Below the pieces are notes generated by a model that saw only the letters and a program-made list of their open reading frames with translations, ran no database searches and was not told the origin of the DNA. Below are positions 21,892 to 31,343 of a stretch of DNA of 64,000 nucleotides, piece by piece. The DNA comes from an uncultured Rhodobacterales bacterium (GTDB lineage: Bacteria; Pseudomonadota; Alphaproteobacteria; Rhodobacterales; Rhodobacteraceae), in the NCBI GenBank assembly GCA_963922565.1, contig CAWUIQ010000007.1, positions 29,774 to 93,773 on the forward strand. Reading direction: 5' to 3'. Every line of letters starts with the position of its first letter. The stretch's first letter is position 1. Position numbers and translations under genes: made by a program.

Positions 21892-22899
21892 GTGACACAC
21901 GGGCTTGAAGCATTCGGTTCAGGGAGGCTGAACATAGAACCCAATAGCGTATCACCTATTTGCGCCTTTGACTTTTTGGCAGATCGCATCGAATCCGTGG
22001 CGGATGCGTGGCCCTCCCCTATCGGTGACGGTTGCGTGTTTCGCTGGCTTCATTTCGATGTTGCCGATGAGAACTTTGCTGAATGGGCACTTGAGATGTT
22101 GCCACCGATTGCGGCGAAAGCGCTGGTTCAAAGCGAGACCAGACCGCGTTGTGAAAGACTGGAAAGCGGGATTGTGTTGAACCTCCGTGGTGTCAACCTG
22201 AACCCGGAAGCGTCCCCAGAGGATATGGTTTCGCTCAGGCTGTGGATCGCGTCGGACACCTTGGTCTCTGCTCGTGTCCGCAAGGTCTTTGCTGCGGATA
22301 CGATGCGACAGGCTGCGGAAAAGGGTGAGGGCCCGCGAGAGATCGGAGCATTCGTTTCCGAGCTCGTCTACCGGCTGGCCAAGCGGATCGAGGCTGTCTC
22401 ACTGGAAATCGAAGACCAGGTCGATCGCTATGAAGAGGCGATGCTGGAAGGTATTTCAGCCGCTTCCGTGGATATCGGCCGCTATAGGCAGACCACGATC
22501 AAACTGCGCCGCTATATCAGCCCACAGCGCGAGGCTTTGGACGCGCTCTCGACCGATGGCATTGAGATCCTTGGTGAAGAGGCATGTCAGCTGATCCACG
22601 AGACCGCGAACCGGACCCGGAGATCGTTGGAGGAGTTGGACGCGGCCCGCGATCGATTGGCGGCGATCCAAGACCATGTCGATGCCAGCCAGGCCAATGC
22701 GCTTGCTCGAAACAGCTACCTTTTGTCGATAGTCGCTGCGGTTTTCTTGCCGCTTGGGTTCTTGACCGGTCTGTTCGGCGTAAACGTGGCCGGAATGCCG
22801 GGAACATCCGAACCCCTGGCATTTTGGCTGTTGTCGATCTCATCGGTTGTCGTTGGTCTGGTGGTATTTCTCGCGCTGAAGCTTTCGCGATGGATGTGA
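21892..22899 (+). CDS. CorA-superfamily divalent cation transporter, ZntB-like
   Basis: 335 aa with a GTG start. Two C-terminal TM helices carry LFGVNVAGMPG (GVN rather than the CorA GMN motif). The exact start is uncertain. Confidence 0.75.
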   Translation: MTHGLEAFGSGRLNIEPNSVSPICAFDFLADRIESVADAWPSPIGDGCVFRWLHFDVADENFAEWALEMLPPIAAKALVQSETRPRCERLESGIVLNLRGVNLNPEASPEDMVSLRLWIASDTLVSARVRKVFAADTMRQAAEKGEGPREIGAFVSELVYRLAKRIEAVSLEIEDQVDRYEEAMLEGISAASVDIGRYRQTTIKLRRYISPQREALDALSTDGIEILGEEACQLIHETANRTRRSLEELDAARDRLAAIQDHVDASQANALARNSYLLSIVAAVFLPLGFLTGLFGVNVAGMPGTSEPLAFWLLSISSVVVGLVVFLALKLSRWM

Positions 22900-23134
22900 A
22901 CCAGCTTGGTTTTGCCCACGTCCTGCCAGTGCCTCTGCTAAGGGCTGTGACGGTTGTGTTGCAGCGTGCGGTTTCTTGCACGGTCACGGAGGAATGAGCG
23001 ACGCGGATGAACGCGCCGCTCACCGATCAGCGGTATTGCCCACGTTCCCTCCCTGACAGACGTGGAACCCTGATCTAACCGAAGCTGGTGTTCCCTGGAT
23101 TGGTTGGCTTTCGCCTCGGGCGCGCCGGGCGCGA

Positions 23135-23332
23135 TCAGTTGTCGTCGCCGCCAGCGACACCACGATAGGCCAGCTTTCCGGCGCCAACGGCACCCTTGGC
23201 AACAACCTTTGTCGTTCCCGCGGCCACACCGACAGTGTTGTTGATGACCTGATCCGAGGTACAGGCGGAGAGCGACAATGCAGCGGCAGTGATTGCCGCG
23301 ATGTATGACTTGCGCAGTCCCATGACTTTCAT
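23135..23332 (-). CDS. small lipoprotein (65 aa)
   Basis: Start moved to the ATG at 23332 (RBS AAGGA 7 nt upstream). MKVMGLRKSYIAAITAAALSLSAC has a positively charged n-region, an h-region and the lipobox LSAC. The mature part is Gly/Ala-rich. Confidence 0.55.
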   Translation of the reverse strand: MKVMGLRKSYIAAITAAALSLSACTSDQVINNTVGVAAGTTKVVAKGAVGAGKLAYRGVAGGDDN

Positions 23333-23368
23333 CTTCTTATCCTTTCCCATCTTGGATCACGTCTTGGA

Positions 23369-23445
23369 GTGAAGACAGACCGACGAGGCATTCACGTTGG
23401 GGCGAGTGCCCCAAATGTCCGCGGCGCGGACCAGCCTGTCTTCAC
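23369..23445 (-). other. nested stem-loop element in the leader of the lipoprotein gene
   Basis: A perfect 10-bp outer stem GTGAAGACAG (23369-23378) / CTGTCTTCAC (23436-23445) encloses the hairpins TTGGGGC-GAGT-GCCCCAA (23397-23414) and TCCGC-GGC-GCGGA (23418-23430). Confidence 0.3.
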
Positions 23446-23514
23446 AGCACATAAAATAGCCAAGCCGCGTCAATTAGAAAAACGAAAATAATATATACTT
23501 ACAGTGAGAAATGC

Positions 23515-23817
23515 TCATGTAATGATCCGCCTGTCGGTGCTCAGAAGTAATTCCGCCTCTTCCGACGCCGCCAGCCACAACTGCCGTCCGCGAGCCGTAA
23601 GAACACGTGCATGTTGTCGCCGTTGGGCGCTGGCAAAGCAGCCGCTGAGCGCTTCGCCTTCCGTGATCATGTCATGAGCATCGAGCAGCCTTTGGGCGAT
23701 ATCGCACCCCGAGTCACCATGAGCGCGCAGCCGTTTAAGAAGGGTTGGAAGCGGCCGATCGGGGGTCATTTTGGAAAGTGTTGCAAGCCCAGTATCAAGA
23801 CATTCGGGACGGTTCAT
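23515..23817 (-). CDS. hypothetical protein (100 aa)
   Basis: It is the only sizeable ORF in the gap and is divergent from the LysR gene. Third-position GC is only moderate and the RBS is weak, so coding status is uncertain. Confidence 0.35.
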   Translation of the reverse strand: MNRPECLDTGLATLSKMTPDRPLPTLLKRLRAHGDSGCDIAQRLLDAHDMITEGEALSGCFASAQRRQHARVLTARGRQLWLAASEEAELLLSTDRRIIT

Positions 23818-24049
23818 TTGCTTCGATCCTGTGCGTCAGAGGTGCGGACGCGTTGACAACGATGGCCACACCCTAAATCGACACGCGGCACTGAATTTGA
23901 CGCGCAAAACATGTGGTGGAGCGCCGCTCCCCCTTTGCGGGAGCGGCAGGCGCTGCACGCCTCCGTCCGCAAGTCATATGCCCGCAGACAATCCCAGGAA
24001 AACGAAATAGACTCGAGTTTCATCGCAGTAATTCTCATGGATCGTCCAC

Positions 24050-24994
24050 ATGGATATCGCCCTCATCCGCACCTTCCTGGAGGTCGCCGCGACCGGCTCT
24101 TTCGTAAATGCGAGTGAGCGTCTCTATGTCACTCAGTCCGCTGTCAGCCTTCGCGTCGCGCGGCTGGAGGACGATCTGGGCAAGCAGCTTTTCACGCGTT
24201 CCAAGGCAGGTGCCGAGCTCACGCCCGCCGGGCGGGAGTTCGAACGCTATGCTCTTTCGCTGATCAAGATCTGGGAGGAAGCGCGGCAGCAGGTCGGCGT
24301 GCCGGAGGGTTATACCAAGTCCCTCAGCATCGGTGCGCAGTACTCTCTTTGGCCGCGCCTCGGCTTTCGTTGGATCGACCGGATGCAGGATGACATGCCG
24401 ACGCTGAACATCAGAGCCGAACTCGGTATGCCCGACCGGATCATGCGGTTTCTGGTCGAAGGGGTGGTGCAGATCGGTCTGATGTACAGCCCGCAACTGC
24501 GCCCCGGCTTGACCGCGCACAAGATCCTGGATGAAGAGTTGGTGCTGGCTGCGTCATGGCCAGCGACATTCGATGAAATCTCGGATCACTACGTATTCGT
24601 GGATTGGGGGCCGGAATTCGTTCACGCACATGCGCTCGAACTTCCAAAACTCACCAACCCAGGCTTGACCATGTCTCTTGGGGCGATGGCCGCAGAGTAT
24701 ATAGTATCACGTCGCGCCGCTGCGTATCTGCCAGCCCGATACATCAAGCGGTACCTCGACGCGGGCCAGCTTCACCTGGTTCCGGATGCCCCGGTGTTCC
24801 CGTACCCGGTGTGGTCGATCTGGCGCGATGATCTTGAAGATGACATTCGATCGGTCGCCGAGACCTCACTTGTGGCAATTCGATCACAGATCGATGCCGA
24901 GCAGAACGAGGTGATCTCTGAGCTGGCCGAGATCAGCGAGGGCGAAACCGTCGAAGTACTTGGAAACAGTGAAGAACTACCAATACTTGAGTGA
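24050..24994 (+). CDS. LysR-family transcriptional regulator
   Basis: 314 aa. The N-terminal wHTH is LIRTFLEVAATGSFVNASERLYVTQSAVSLRVARLEDDLG. Confidence 0.9.
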   Translation: MDIALIRTFLEVAATGSFVNASERLYVTQSAVSLRVARLEDDLGKQLFTRSKAGAELTPAGREFERYALSLIKIWEEARQQVGVPEGYTKSLSIGAQYSLWPRLGFRWIDRMQDDMPTLNIRAELGMPDRIMRFLVEGVVQIGLMYSPQLRPGLTAHKILDEELVLAASWPATFDEISDHYVFVDWGPEFVHAHALELPKLTNPGLTMSLGAMAAEYIVSRRAAAYLPARYIKRYLDAGQLHLVPDAPVFPYPVWSIWRDDLEDDIRSVAETSLVAIRSQIDAEQNEVISELAEISEGETVEVLGNSEELPILE

Positions 24995-25118
24995 TGCTCT
25001 TTTCATGCCTAATTATTTTGAATTTCTCTTAGGCTAAACCGCTCTTTATCTGCCGTCCCAGCAGAAATGCTCCCGCCCTCTCAGGTCGGGTCACACTTTG
25101 TTGGGAAAGGATAGACCC

Positions 25119-25940
25119 ATGCAAAAACGCAATGTGCTGGCCGCATCGGCACTCGCACTCTTCGTTGCTGCTCCTGTGTTCGCGCAGGGCGCGCTGACCG
25201 GTGTTGATGAGCTGGACGACCGTATCGATGATATTCAGGAAGACGTTGGCGATGACCTGACGCAGGCAGACCGCCGCGACCGCCTCAGCAACCAATACAC
25301 CCAAGGTTGGACCGGTAGCGTCGCACTTGGTTTCTCGGCGACCTCGGGCAACACCGATACCGCCGATCTCGATCTCGCTGGCCGTTTCCGGTATGGCAAC
25401 GGACCCTGGAACCACACGTTTGGCTTTGCGGCTGAGTTCGCCGAAGACAACGACGTGCGGAACAAGGAAGAGATCTATGCGACGTACGACGTGAACCGTT
25501 ACCTCAACGAGGACTTCTATGTCTTCGGTTTGGGTTCGGTCCGCTACGACAACTTTGACTCGAACAAGGTCGATGCCTTCCTTGGCGTGGGTCCGGGTTA
25601 CCGCGTGATCAACAAGCCAAACCAGACCTGGCGTATTCAGGCTGGCCCTGGTGCCCGCTATATCGAAGATCAGAACAACGTCGACACGACAGAGTTCGCG
25701 GGCATCGCTTCTTCGCGTTACTATTTTGCCTTCAGCGAAACGGTGTCTCTGACGATGGATACGGACGTTCTCTTCTCTGAAGAAGATACGCTGCTGACAA
25801 ACGACCTGGGTGTGAACTTCAAGGTAACCGATCGGTTGTCCACGCGGATTTCATATCGGACCGAATGGGACAGCGATCCGCTTGCCGGCTTTGATGACAC
25901 CGACAACACGCTTGGTGTGTCCCTCGTCTACGGCTTCTGA
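25119..25940 (+). CDS. DUF481-like (YdiY-type) outer-membrane beta-barrel protein
   Basis: Start at the ATG at 25119 (MQKRNVLAASALALFVAAPVFAQG signal peptide). It has alternating beta-strand patterning and the C-terminal SLVYGF typical of OMPs. Confidence 0.75.
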   Translation: MQKRNVLAASALALFVAAPVFAQGALTGVDELDDRIDDIQEDVGDDLTQADRRDRLSNQYTQGWTGSVALGFSATSGNTDTADLDLAGRFRYGNGPWNHTFGFAAEFAEDNDVRNKEEIYATYDVNRYLNEDFYVFGLGSVRYDNFDSNKVDAFLGVGPGYRVINKPNQTWRIQAGPGARYIEDQNNVDTTEFAGIASSRYYFAFSETVSLTMDTDVLFSEEDTLLTNDLGVNFKVTDRLSTRISYRTEWDSDPLAGFDDTDNTLGVSLVYGF

Positions 25941-26022
25941 CCAAGCCTCGATTCCCTCGAAACTTGGGGGCGGAGCGATCCGCCCTCCCTTTCAAACATG
26001 GCCGAACAGGGAGGTCCCGACC

Positions 26023-26463
26023 ATGGCAACCTGGAAAACACTGACTGAATCAGATGCCGGATACGTGGAAGTACTGACCACGAACCACAATGGTGATGTG
26101 TTTGGATACCGGCTGAAAGGTGCATCTGCAGGCCCGCAAGTTGTGGCGGCAGGTGTGTGTCCGAGCGCCGAGCAGGTCTTTGAACGCCTTTTGCGTATAC
26201 CGACCCTGCCATGGATGCGTGGCGCCCTCGTTCTTATCCGGCTTGATGCGCTTGATGACATGCTGGGTGATCTGAACGGACTGGCGCCGCTCGGGCCCAT
26301 CGATCGCACGATCATATTGCCCTGGAGCAGCGCGAACCGGCCAAGCGAAGCCGAGGTCAGACGCAACTACCACCTCGTCCTTCGGGCATGCGCGGATTTG
26401 GGCATGATCTCTGGCCGCGGTGTCTCTCGCCGATCTGAGCAGGCGGATGTTTCACATGCATGA
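26023..26463 (+). CDS. hypothetical protein (146 aa)
   Basis: Start moved to the ATG at 26023 (RBS GGGAGG). Third-position GC is high. No family recognised. Confidence 0.55.
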   Translation: MATWKTLTESDAGYVEVLTTNHNGDVFGYRLKGASAGPQVVAAGVCPSAEQVFERLLRIPTLPWMRGALVLIRLDALDDMLGDLNGLAPLGPIDRTIILPWSSANRPSEAEVRRNYHLVLRACADLGMISGRGVSRRSEQADVSHA

Positions 26464-26665
26464 CCTTCTTCGCCAGATCCGCTGGTTGGCATTCATCGGT
26501 GTCGCAGCACTGTTTGGGTTGTTCGTTGTTCAGAACGCAGCGCAGATCGAATTGCAGTTCGCCATCTGGACCCTGACAACCCGACGGGCCGTTCTCGTCC
26601 TGCTGACGCTTGGACTGGGCTTTGCCCTCGGTTGGATTTTTGGCCGAACCGCCAGACGCCGCTGA
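26456..26665 (+). CDS. LapA-domain (DUF1049-like) small inner-membrane protein
   Basis: Two TM helices flank ...VQNAAQIELQFAIWTLTTRRAVLV..., as in the LapA/YciS family. Its start overlaps the upstream stop. Confidence 0.55.
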   Translation: MHDLLRQIRWLAFIGVAALFGLFVVQNAAQIELQFAIWTLTTRRAVLVLLTLGLGFALGWIFGRTARRR

Positions 26666-26733
26666 GTGAAATCGACCGGCCGTGACCCGTCGCATCCCGA
26701 CAACCCCGCAGAGACGCCGAAGGAGGCGCCCTT

Positions 26734-28104
26734 ATGCCATCAGACACGATTGAATTGGACGATCGCGAGATCGGGTCCGCCATCCGCGCCGCGGTTGCAG
26801 AAGATGATGCGGCCCGGGTGTCGCAGCTTTTCGCGGCGCTCAACCTCAGCGACGCCCTGCGTGAACTGCTCGCCCTATCAGCCGAGGAACGCGACCGCGT
26901 GCTCGATCTGCTCCCGGCTGAACTGGCGGCCGAACTGATCGAGGAGGCCCCCAATGAGATGGCCGTCGATCTTGTGGAGCGGCTGGAACCGGACCGTGCG
27001 GCGAAAATCCTTGAGGAACTGAACAGCGATATCCAGGCCGACGTGATCGGTGAGCTTGAAGAAGGCGATGCCGAGGCGATCCTGTCCGAGATGGACGAGG
27101 CGGAGGCCGCCGATGTTCGCCGACTGACCGAATACGACGACGACACGGCGGGCGGCCTGATGATGACCGAGGCGTTTCGGTTCGACGAGGCCAATACGGT
27201 TGGCAAAGTTCTCCGCGATCTCGCATCCGAGGACGACGAGTTCGAACGGTATCGTGGTCAGCATCCCTATATCACAGACGAAAGCGGCAAGCTGGTCGGC
27301 GTCGTTTCCCTGCGCGGATTGCTGACGGCAAAGCGGAGCGTTGCGCTGCGCGAGATCATGGTACCGCCGCTTTCGGTTCCGGTGGTCACCCCGCTTGAGG
27401 ACCTGGAGGATCTCTTTAACGAGCATCCGTTCCTTGGCGTTCCCGTGACCGACGATGCCGGATTTCTGGTCGGTGTCGTCTCCCGATCGGCCGTCGCCGA
27501 TGCGGTTCTTGAGCGGTCCGAAAGCGAAAGCCTCAAGCGGCAGGGTGTTGTTGGAGACGAACTACGCTCAATGCCGCTTTGGCTGCGGTCGCGGCGCCGG
27601 CTTGCGTGGCTGTCGGCAAACATCGTCCTGAACATTTTGGCGGCAAGCGTGATCTCCGCTTACGAAGAAACGCTGGCCGCAGTCATCGCACTCGCCGTGT
27701 TCCTGCCGATGGTGTCGGACATGAGTGGGTGTTCCGGGAACCAGGCCGTTGGCGTCACCATGCGGGAATTGAGCCTGGGGCTGGTCCGACCCATCGATGC
27801 GCTTCGCGTCTGGATCAAAGAGATATCGGTTGGCGTGATCAATGGGATCGCCCTTGGCATCCTGATCGGCATCGTTGCATGGGTTTGGAAGGGTAATCCC
27901 GCACTCGGGCTGGTGATAGGGACTGCCTTGGCGCTCAACACGATGCTCGCGGTGTCGATCGGTGGCGTGGTCCCGCTGTTGTTGAAACGCCTGGGACAGG
28001 ACCCAGCGGCGGCCAGCGGTCCCTTGCTGACAACGATCACCGACATGGCCGGCTTTTTCCTAGTGCTGAGCCTCGCAACCCTTCTGATGCCGTGGCTGCT
28101 GTGA
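26734..28104 (+). CDS. mgtE: magnesium transporter MgtE
   Basis: 456 aa with RBS GAAGGAGG. It has an acidic MgtE N-domain, a CBS pair and a C-terminal 5-TM domain (...PLLTTITDMAGFF...). Confidence 0.9.
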   Translation: MPSDTIELDDREIGSAIRAAVAEDDAARVSQLFAALNLSDALRELLALSAEERDRVLDLLPAELAAELIEEAPNEMAVDLVERLEPDRAAKILEELNSDIQADVIGELEEGDAEAILSEMDEAEAADVRRLTEYDDDTAGGLMMTEAFRFDEANTVGKVLRDLASEDDEFERYRGQHPYITDESGKLVGVVSLRGLLTAKRSVALREIMVPPLSVPVVTPLEDLEDLFNEHPFLGVPVTDDAGFLVGVVSRSAVADAVLERSESESLKRQGVVGDELRSMPLWLRSRRRLAWLSANIVLNILAASVISAYEETLAAVIALAVFLPMVSDMSGCSGNQAVGVTMRELSLGLVRPIDALRVWIKEISVGVINGIALGILIGIVAWVWKGNPALGLVIGTALALNTMLAVSIGGVVPLLLKRLGQDPAAASGPLLTTITDMAGFFLVLSLATLLMPWLL

Positions 28105-28565
28105 TGAACCGCAAGGCTCAGCATAACAAACAGGCCGCACCCCAAATTATCGGGTGGATGGAAACGGTAAGCCTGCCCGAACTGGGCCTCGACCTGCTTA
28201 AGGCCAAGGTCGACACGGGCGCGCGCACCTCGGCCTTGCATGCCACGGACATACACACCTTCCAGCGGGACGGTGAAACCTGGGTCGCCTTCATGGCCGA
28301 TTCCGGCCACGGCCTTTGCGATCGCCTGATGGAAGCCCCCATCCACGAAGAGCGCGCGATCAAGAACACCTCGGGCATGCCCGAAGACCGGTTCGTCATC
28401 CGCACGCGCCTGAAGTTGGGAGCGAAACTTTGGCGGATCGACCTGTCTCTGACCGACCGAACCAACATGACCTTCCCGATGATCCTTGGGCGTCGCGCGC
28501 TCAAGAACCGCAACATCGCGGTCGACGCCAAACGCACGTTTCTGGTGAGCACTAAACCAACCTGA
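28104..28565 (+). CDS. retropepsin-like aspartic protease (RimB-like; family formerly annotated as ATP-dependent zinc protease)
   Basis: The ATG at 28104 overlaps the mgtE TGA (TGATG). The motif [13 protein letters not shown] contains the D-T-G-A signature. It lies immediately upstream of rimK, as in rimB-rimK arrangements. Confidence 0.8.
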   Translation: MNRKAQHNKQAAPQIIGWMETVSLPELGLDLLKAKVDTGARTSALHATDIHTFQRDGETWVAFMADSGHGLCDRLMEAPIHEERAIKNTSGMPEDRFVIRTRLKLGAKLWRIDLSLTDRTNMTFPMILGRRALKNRNIAVDAKRTFLVSTKPT

Positions 28566-28584
28566 CGGAATGAAAGGATTCCCG

Positions 28585-29490
28585 ATGAAAATCGCAATGT
28601 TGGCACGCAACGCCGAACTTTACTCGCACAAACGTCTGAAGGAGGCCGCAGAAGAGCGCGGCCACGAGCTCAACATCATCGATACGCTTCGTTGCTATAT
28701 GAACATCGCGTCCCGCCGACCCGAGATCTATTACAACGGTGAGAAGCTGACCGGCTATGACGCGGTCATCCCGCGCATCGGGGCATCGGTTACGTTCTAC
28801 GGCACCGCAGTTCTGCGCCAGTTCGAGATGATGGGTGTCTATCCCCTGAACGAAAGCGTGGCGATCGGCCGGTCCCGCGACAAACTGCGATCGATGCAGC
28901 TGATGGCGCGGGATGGGATCGGCCTGCCGGTAACGACCTTTGCCCATGATCCCAAGCAGACCGAAGAGGTGCTCAAGCTGGCGGGCGGTGCGCCAATCGT
29001 TATTAAGCTCCTCGAAGGCACGCAAGGCATCGGTGTGGTTCTCGCCGATACCGACCGGTCCGCCAAGTCCGTCGTCGAGGCGTTCCGCGGCGCCGATGTG
29101 AACATTCTGCTTCAGGAATTCATTAAGGAAGCGGGTGGAACCGACATCCGCGCGATCGTTGTCGCTGGCAAGGTTGTTGCCGCAATGAAACGCACCGGGG
29201 CCGAGGGTGATTTCCGCTCCAACCTACATCGCGGTGGTTCTGCTCAGGTGGTCAAGCTTTCGCCGGAAGAACGTGCAACTGCTGTTCGTGCTGCAAAGTC
29301 CATGGGCCTGAATGTTTGTGGCGTCGATATGCTGCGTGCAAATCATGGGCCGGTGGTCATGGAGGTGAACTCTTCGCCGGGTCTCGAAGGCGTTGAGAAA
29401 GCGACGGGCAAGGATATCGCTGGCATGATCATCGAGCATCTGGAAAAGAACGCGAAGGCCGGGAAAACCAAAACACGAGGGAGAGGCTGA
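28585..29490 (+). CDS. rimK: ribosomal protein S6 L-glutamate ligase (ATP-grasp)
   Basis: Start at 28585 ([27 protein letters not shown], which aligns with the enterobacterial RimK N-terminus from memory). RBS AAAGGA lies 7 nt upstream. Confidence 0.9.
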   Translation: MKIAMLARNAELYSHKRLKEAAEERGHELNIIDTLRCYMNIASRRPEIYYNGEKLTGYDAVIPRIGASVTFYGTAVLRQFEMMGVYPLNESVAIGRSRDKLRSMQLMARDGIGLPVTTFAHDPKQTEEVLKLAGGAPIVIKLLEGTQGIGVVLADTDRSAKSVVEAFRGADVNILLQEFIKEAGGTDIRAIVVAGKVVAAMKRTGAEGDFRSNLHRGGSAQVVKLSPEERATAVRAAKSMGLNVCGVDMLRANHGPVVMEVNSSPGLEGVEKATGKDIAGMIIEHLEKNAKAGKTKTRGRG

Positions 29491-30533
29491 TGGCGCCACG
29501 TTCCGATTTTGTAATCGGGGAAGCGCGAATTGCGCCGGGTTCGCGTCAGACCGTGGACCTGCCGGTGAGTGTGCTGTCAGACCACACGCCGGTGTCCATG
29601 TCGGTGCATGTGCGCCATGGGCGGCGGCCGGGTCCGGTCATCTTTGTCAGCGCGGGTGTCCATGGGGACGAGGTCATCGGTGTCGAGATCATTCGGCGTG
29701 TCCTGAACACCCCTGCGCTCTCGTCGTTGAAGGGGACGCTGTTGGCCGTTCCGATCGTCAACGCGTTCGGTTTCATCAACCACTCCCGATATCTGCCGGA
29801 CCGTCGCGACCTGAACCGGGTATTTCCGGGCAGCTCCGGCGGATCCCTCGCTTCGCGCCTCGCGCATCTGTTCCTGACCGAGATCGTGGCGCGTTCTGAT
29901 TTTGGGATCGACCTGCATTCGGCGGCCATCCATCGCACAAACTTTCCACAAATCCGGGTCTCTCCGGATGATCCCAAAATGGCGGCTTTGGCAGAGGTCT
30001 TTGGCGCTCCGATCGTGATGCAGTCAGCACTGCGAGAGGGGTCGCTGAGGCAAGCCGCCAAGGAGATTGGCAAGGATGTCTTGCTTTACGAAGCGGGTGA
30101 GGCGCTGCGGTTCGATGAGCTATCAGTGCGCGCTGGTGTCGCCGGTGTTTTGCGCGTTATGCGGCACCTTGGGATGCTGTCCGCAAAGGGGATATCGAAA
30201 CCCAAAGCGGCACCGCAATTCTGCACGTCGAGCAAATGGCTGCGCGCCCCGATGGGAGGGCTTTTGCGGATCTACAAGTCGGGCGGCGAACTAGTGCGGC
30301 GTGGCGAGGTTCTGGCCACAGTATCGGATCCCTTCGGTGAGCAAGAAGAGCCGATCGAGGCTCCATTCAGCGGCATTATCGTTGGCCGAGCGGTGATGCC
30401 TGTGGTGAATGAAGGCGACGCCGTTTTTCACCTTGGGCGGGTCAGATCGGTCGCCGATGCCGAAGACGCGGTGGATGACCTGAACGCACAGCTGACCGAC
30501 GATCCGATGTTTTACGAAGATGAGATAATCTGA
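29490..30533 (+). CDS. succinylglutamate desuccinylase/aspartoacylase-family zinc carboxypeptidase-like protein
   Basis: 347 aa. The ATG overlaps the rimK TGA by 1 nt. The zinc motif HGDE lies within GVHGDEVIG. Confidence 0.8.
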   Translation: MAPRSDFVIGEARIAPGSRQTVDLPVSVLSDHTPVSMSVHVRHGRRPGPVIFVSAGVHGDEVIGVEIIRRVLNTPALSSLKGTLLAVPIVNAFGFINHSRYLPDRRDLNRVFPGSSGGSLASRLAHLFLTEIVARSDFGIDLHSAAIHRTNFPQIRVSPDDPKMAALAEVFGAPIVMQSALREGSLRQAAKEIGKDVLLYEAGEALRFDELSVRAGVAGVLRVMRHLGMLSAKGISKPKAAPQFCTSSKWLRAPMGGLLRIYKSGGELVRRGEVLATVSDPFGEQEEPIEAPFSGIIVGRAVMPVVNEGDAVFHLGRVRSVADAEDAVDDLNAQLTDDPMFYEDEII

Positions 30534-30638
30534 GTATTGCTCAACGCGGGTCGTTAAACTGACGACAGCTGTGGCGAACGACCGCTTCCGTTGGGCCTGT
30601 CAAAACATGGTAGGCTTGCTCGCTGAAGGCGACTGCCG

Positions 30639-31259
30639 CTAGCGCTCAAGCTCTCTCAGTATGTTTTTGAGATGACCGAGCTTCAGCTTCTCAGTCGGAA
30701 AATGGTCATCCAGGTCTTCGAACTGAGCAAACATTTCGCGCGTTAGGGACAGCGTTACAATCGGGCCAAACACCAAGTGGTGGAAGACGTCAAAGTCCTG
30801 CGGACTGAATACGCCGTTGTTCACGCCGTCCATGACAATGTCCTTCAAAGCCGCGCGCTGGTGGATAATGTAGTCTTTGTGAAACCCCTCTGCGACAGTG
30901 GGCATCGTGCGCGACACCTCGGCGATCAACGGAGATAGGCGGCCTGTTGGGGACGTGACGATGGAATCGTACAAGCTGTGCATCGCTGCGGTGATTTTTT
31001 CCCAGTCTGACAGCGACGGGTCCGCTCTGATGTCCAGAAGGCCCTGAACCGCATCTGAGTAACCTTCGTTCACGCATGCGATGAATAGCGCATCCTTACT
31101 TTGGAAGTGATGATAGAAGCTGGCCTTCTGAATGCCGCACGCTTTGGCCAGCTGCGCCATTGATGTCGCCGCATAACCGTTCTCCAAAAAAATTTCGGTC
31201 GCTTTGGCAATGATTTCGGCTCTGCGTTGGGATTGCGCATTTTTCTTCGTCTTATCCAT
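30639..31259 (-). CDS. TetR-family transcriptional regulator
   Basis: Track ORF trimmed to the ATG at 31259 (MDKTKKNAQSQRRAEIIAKATEIFLENGYAATSMAQLAKACGIQKASFYHHF). Confidence 0.85.
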   Translation of the reverse strand: MDKTKKNAQSQRRAEIIAKATEIFLENGYAATSMAQLAKACGIQKASFYHHFQSKDALFIACVNEGYSDAVQGLLDIRADPSLSDWEKITAAMHSLYDSIVTSPTGRLSPLIAEVSRTMPTVAEGFHKDYIIHQRAALKDIVMDGVNNGVFSPQDFDVFHHLVFGPIVTLSLTREMFAQFEDLDDHFPTEKLKLGHLKNILRELER

Positions 31260-31283
31260 TGAAGCCTCATTGCCGCGATCTAC

Positions 31284-31303
31284 TCTACCGATCGTTCGGT
31301 AGA
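31284..31303. promoter_or_regulatory. candidate TetR operator, 20-bp palindrome TCTACCGA-TCGT-TCGGTAGA
   Basis: Perfect 8-bp arms in the divergent tetR/RND intergenic region. An extra half-site, CGTTCGGTT, lies at 31312-31320. Confidence 0.45.
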
Positions 31304-31343
31304 CTAACGACCGTTCGGTTGCTGATCTAAAGGTAGGAGGACG

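Noticed and set aside
26666-26733. M-box (Mg2+ riboswitch) upstream of mgtE.
   Set aside because: The spacer is only 68 nt, far shorter than an M-box aptamer, and no matching structure was seen.
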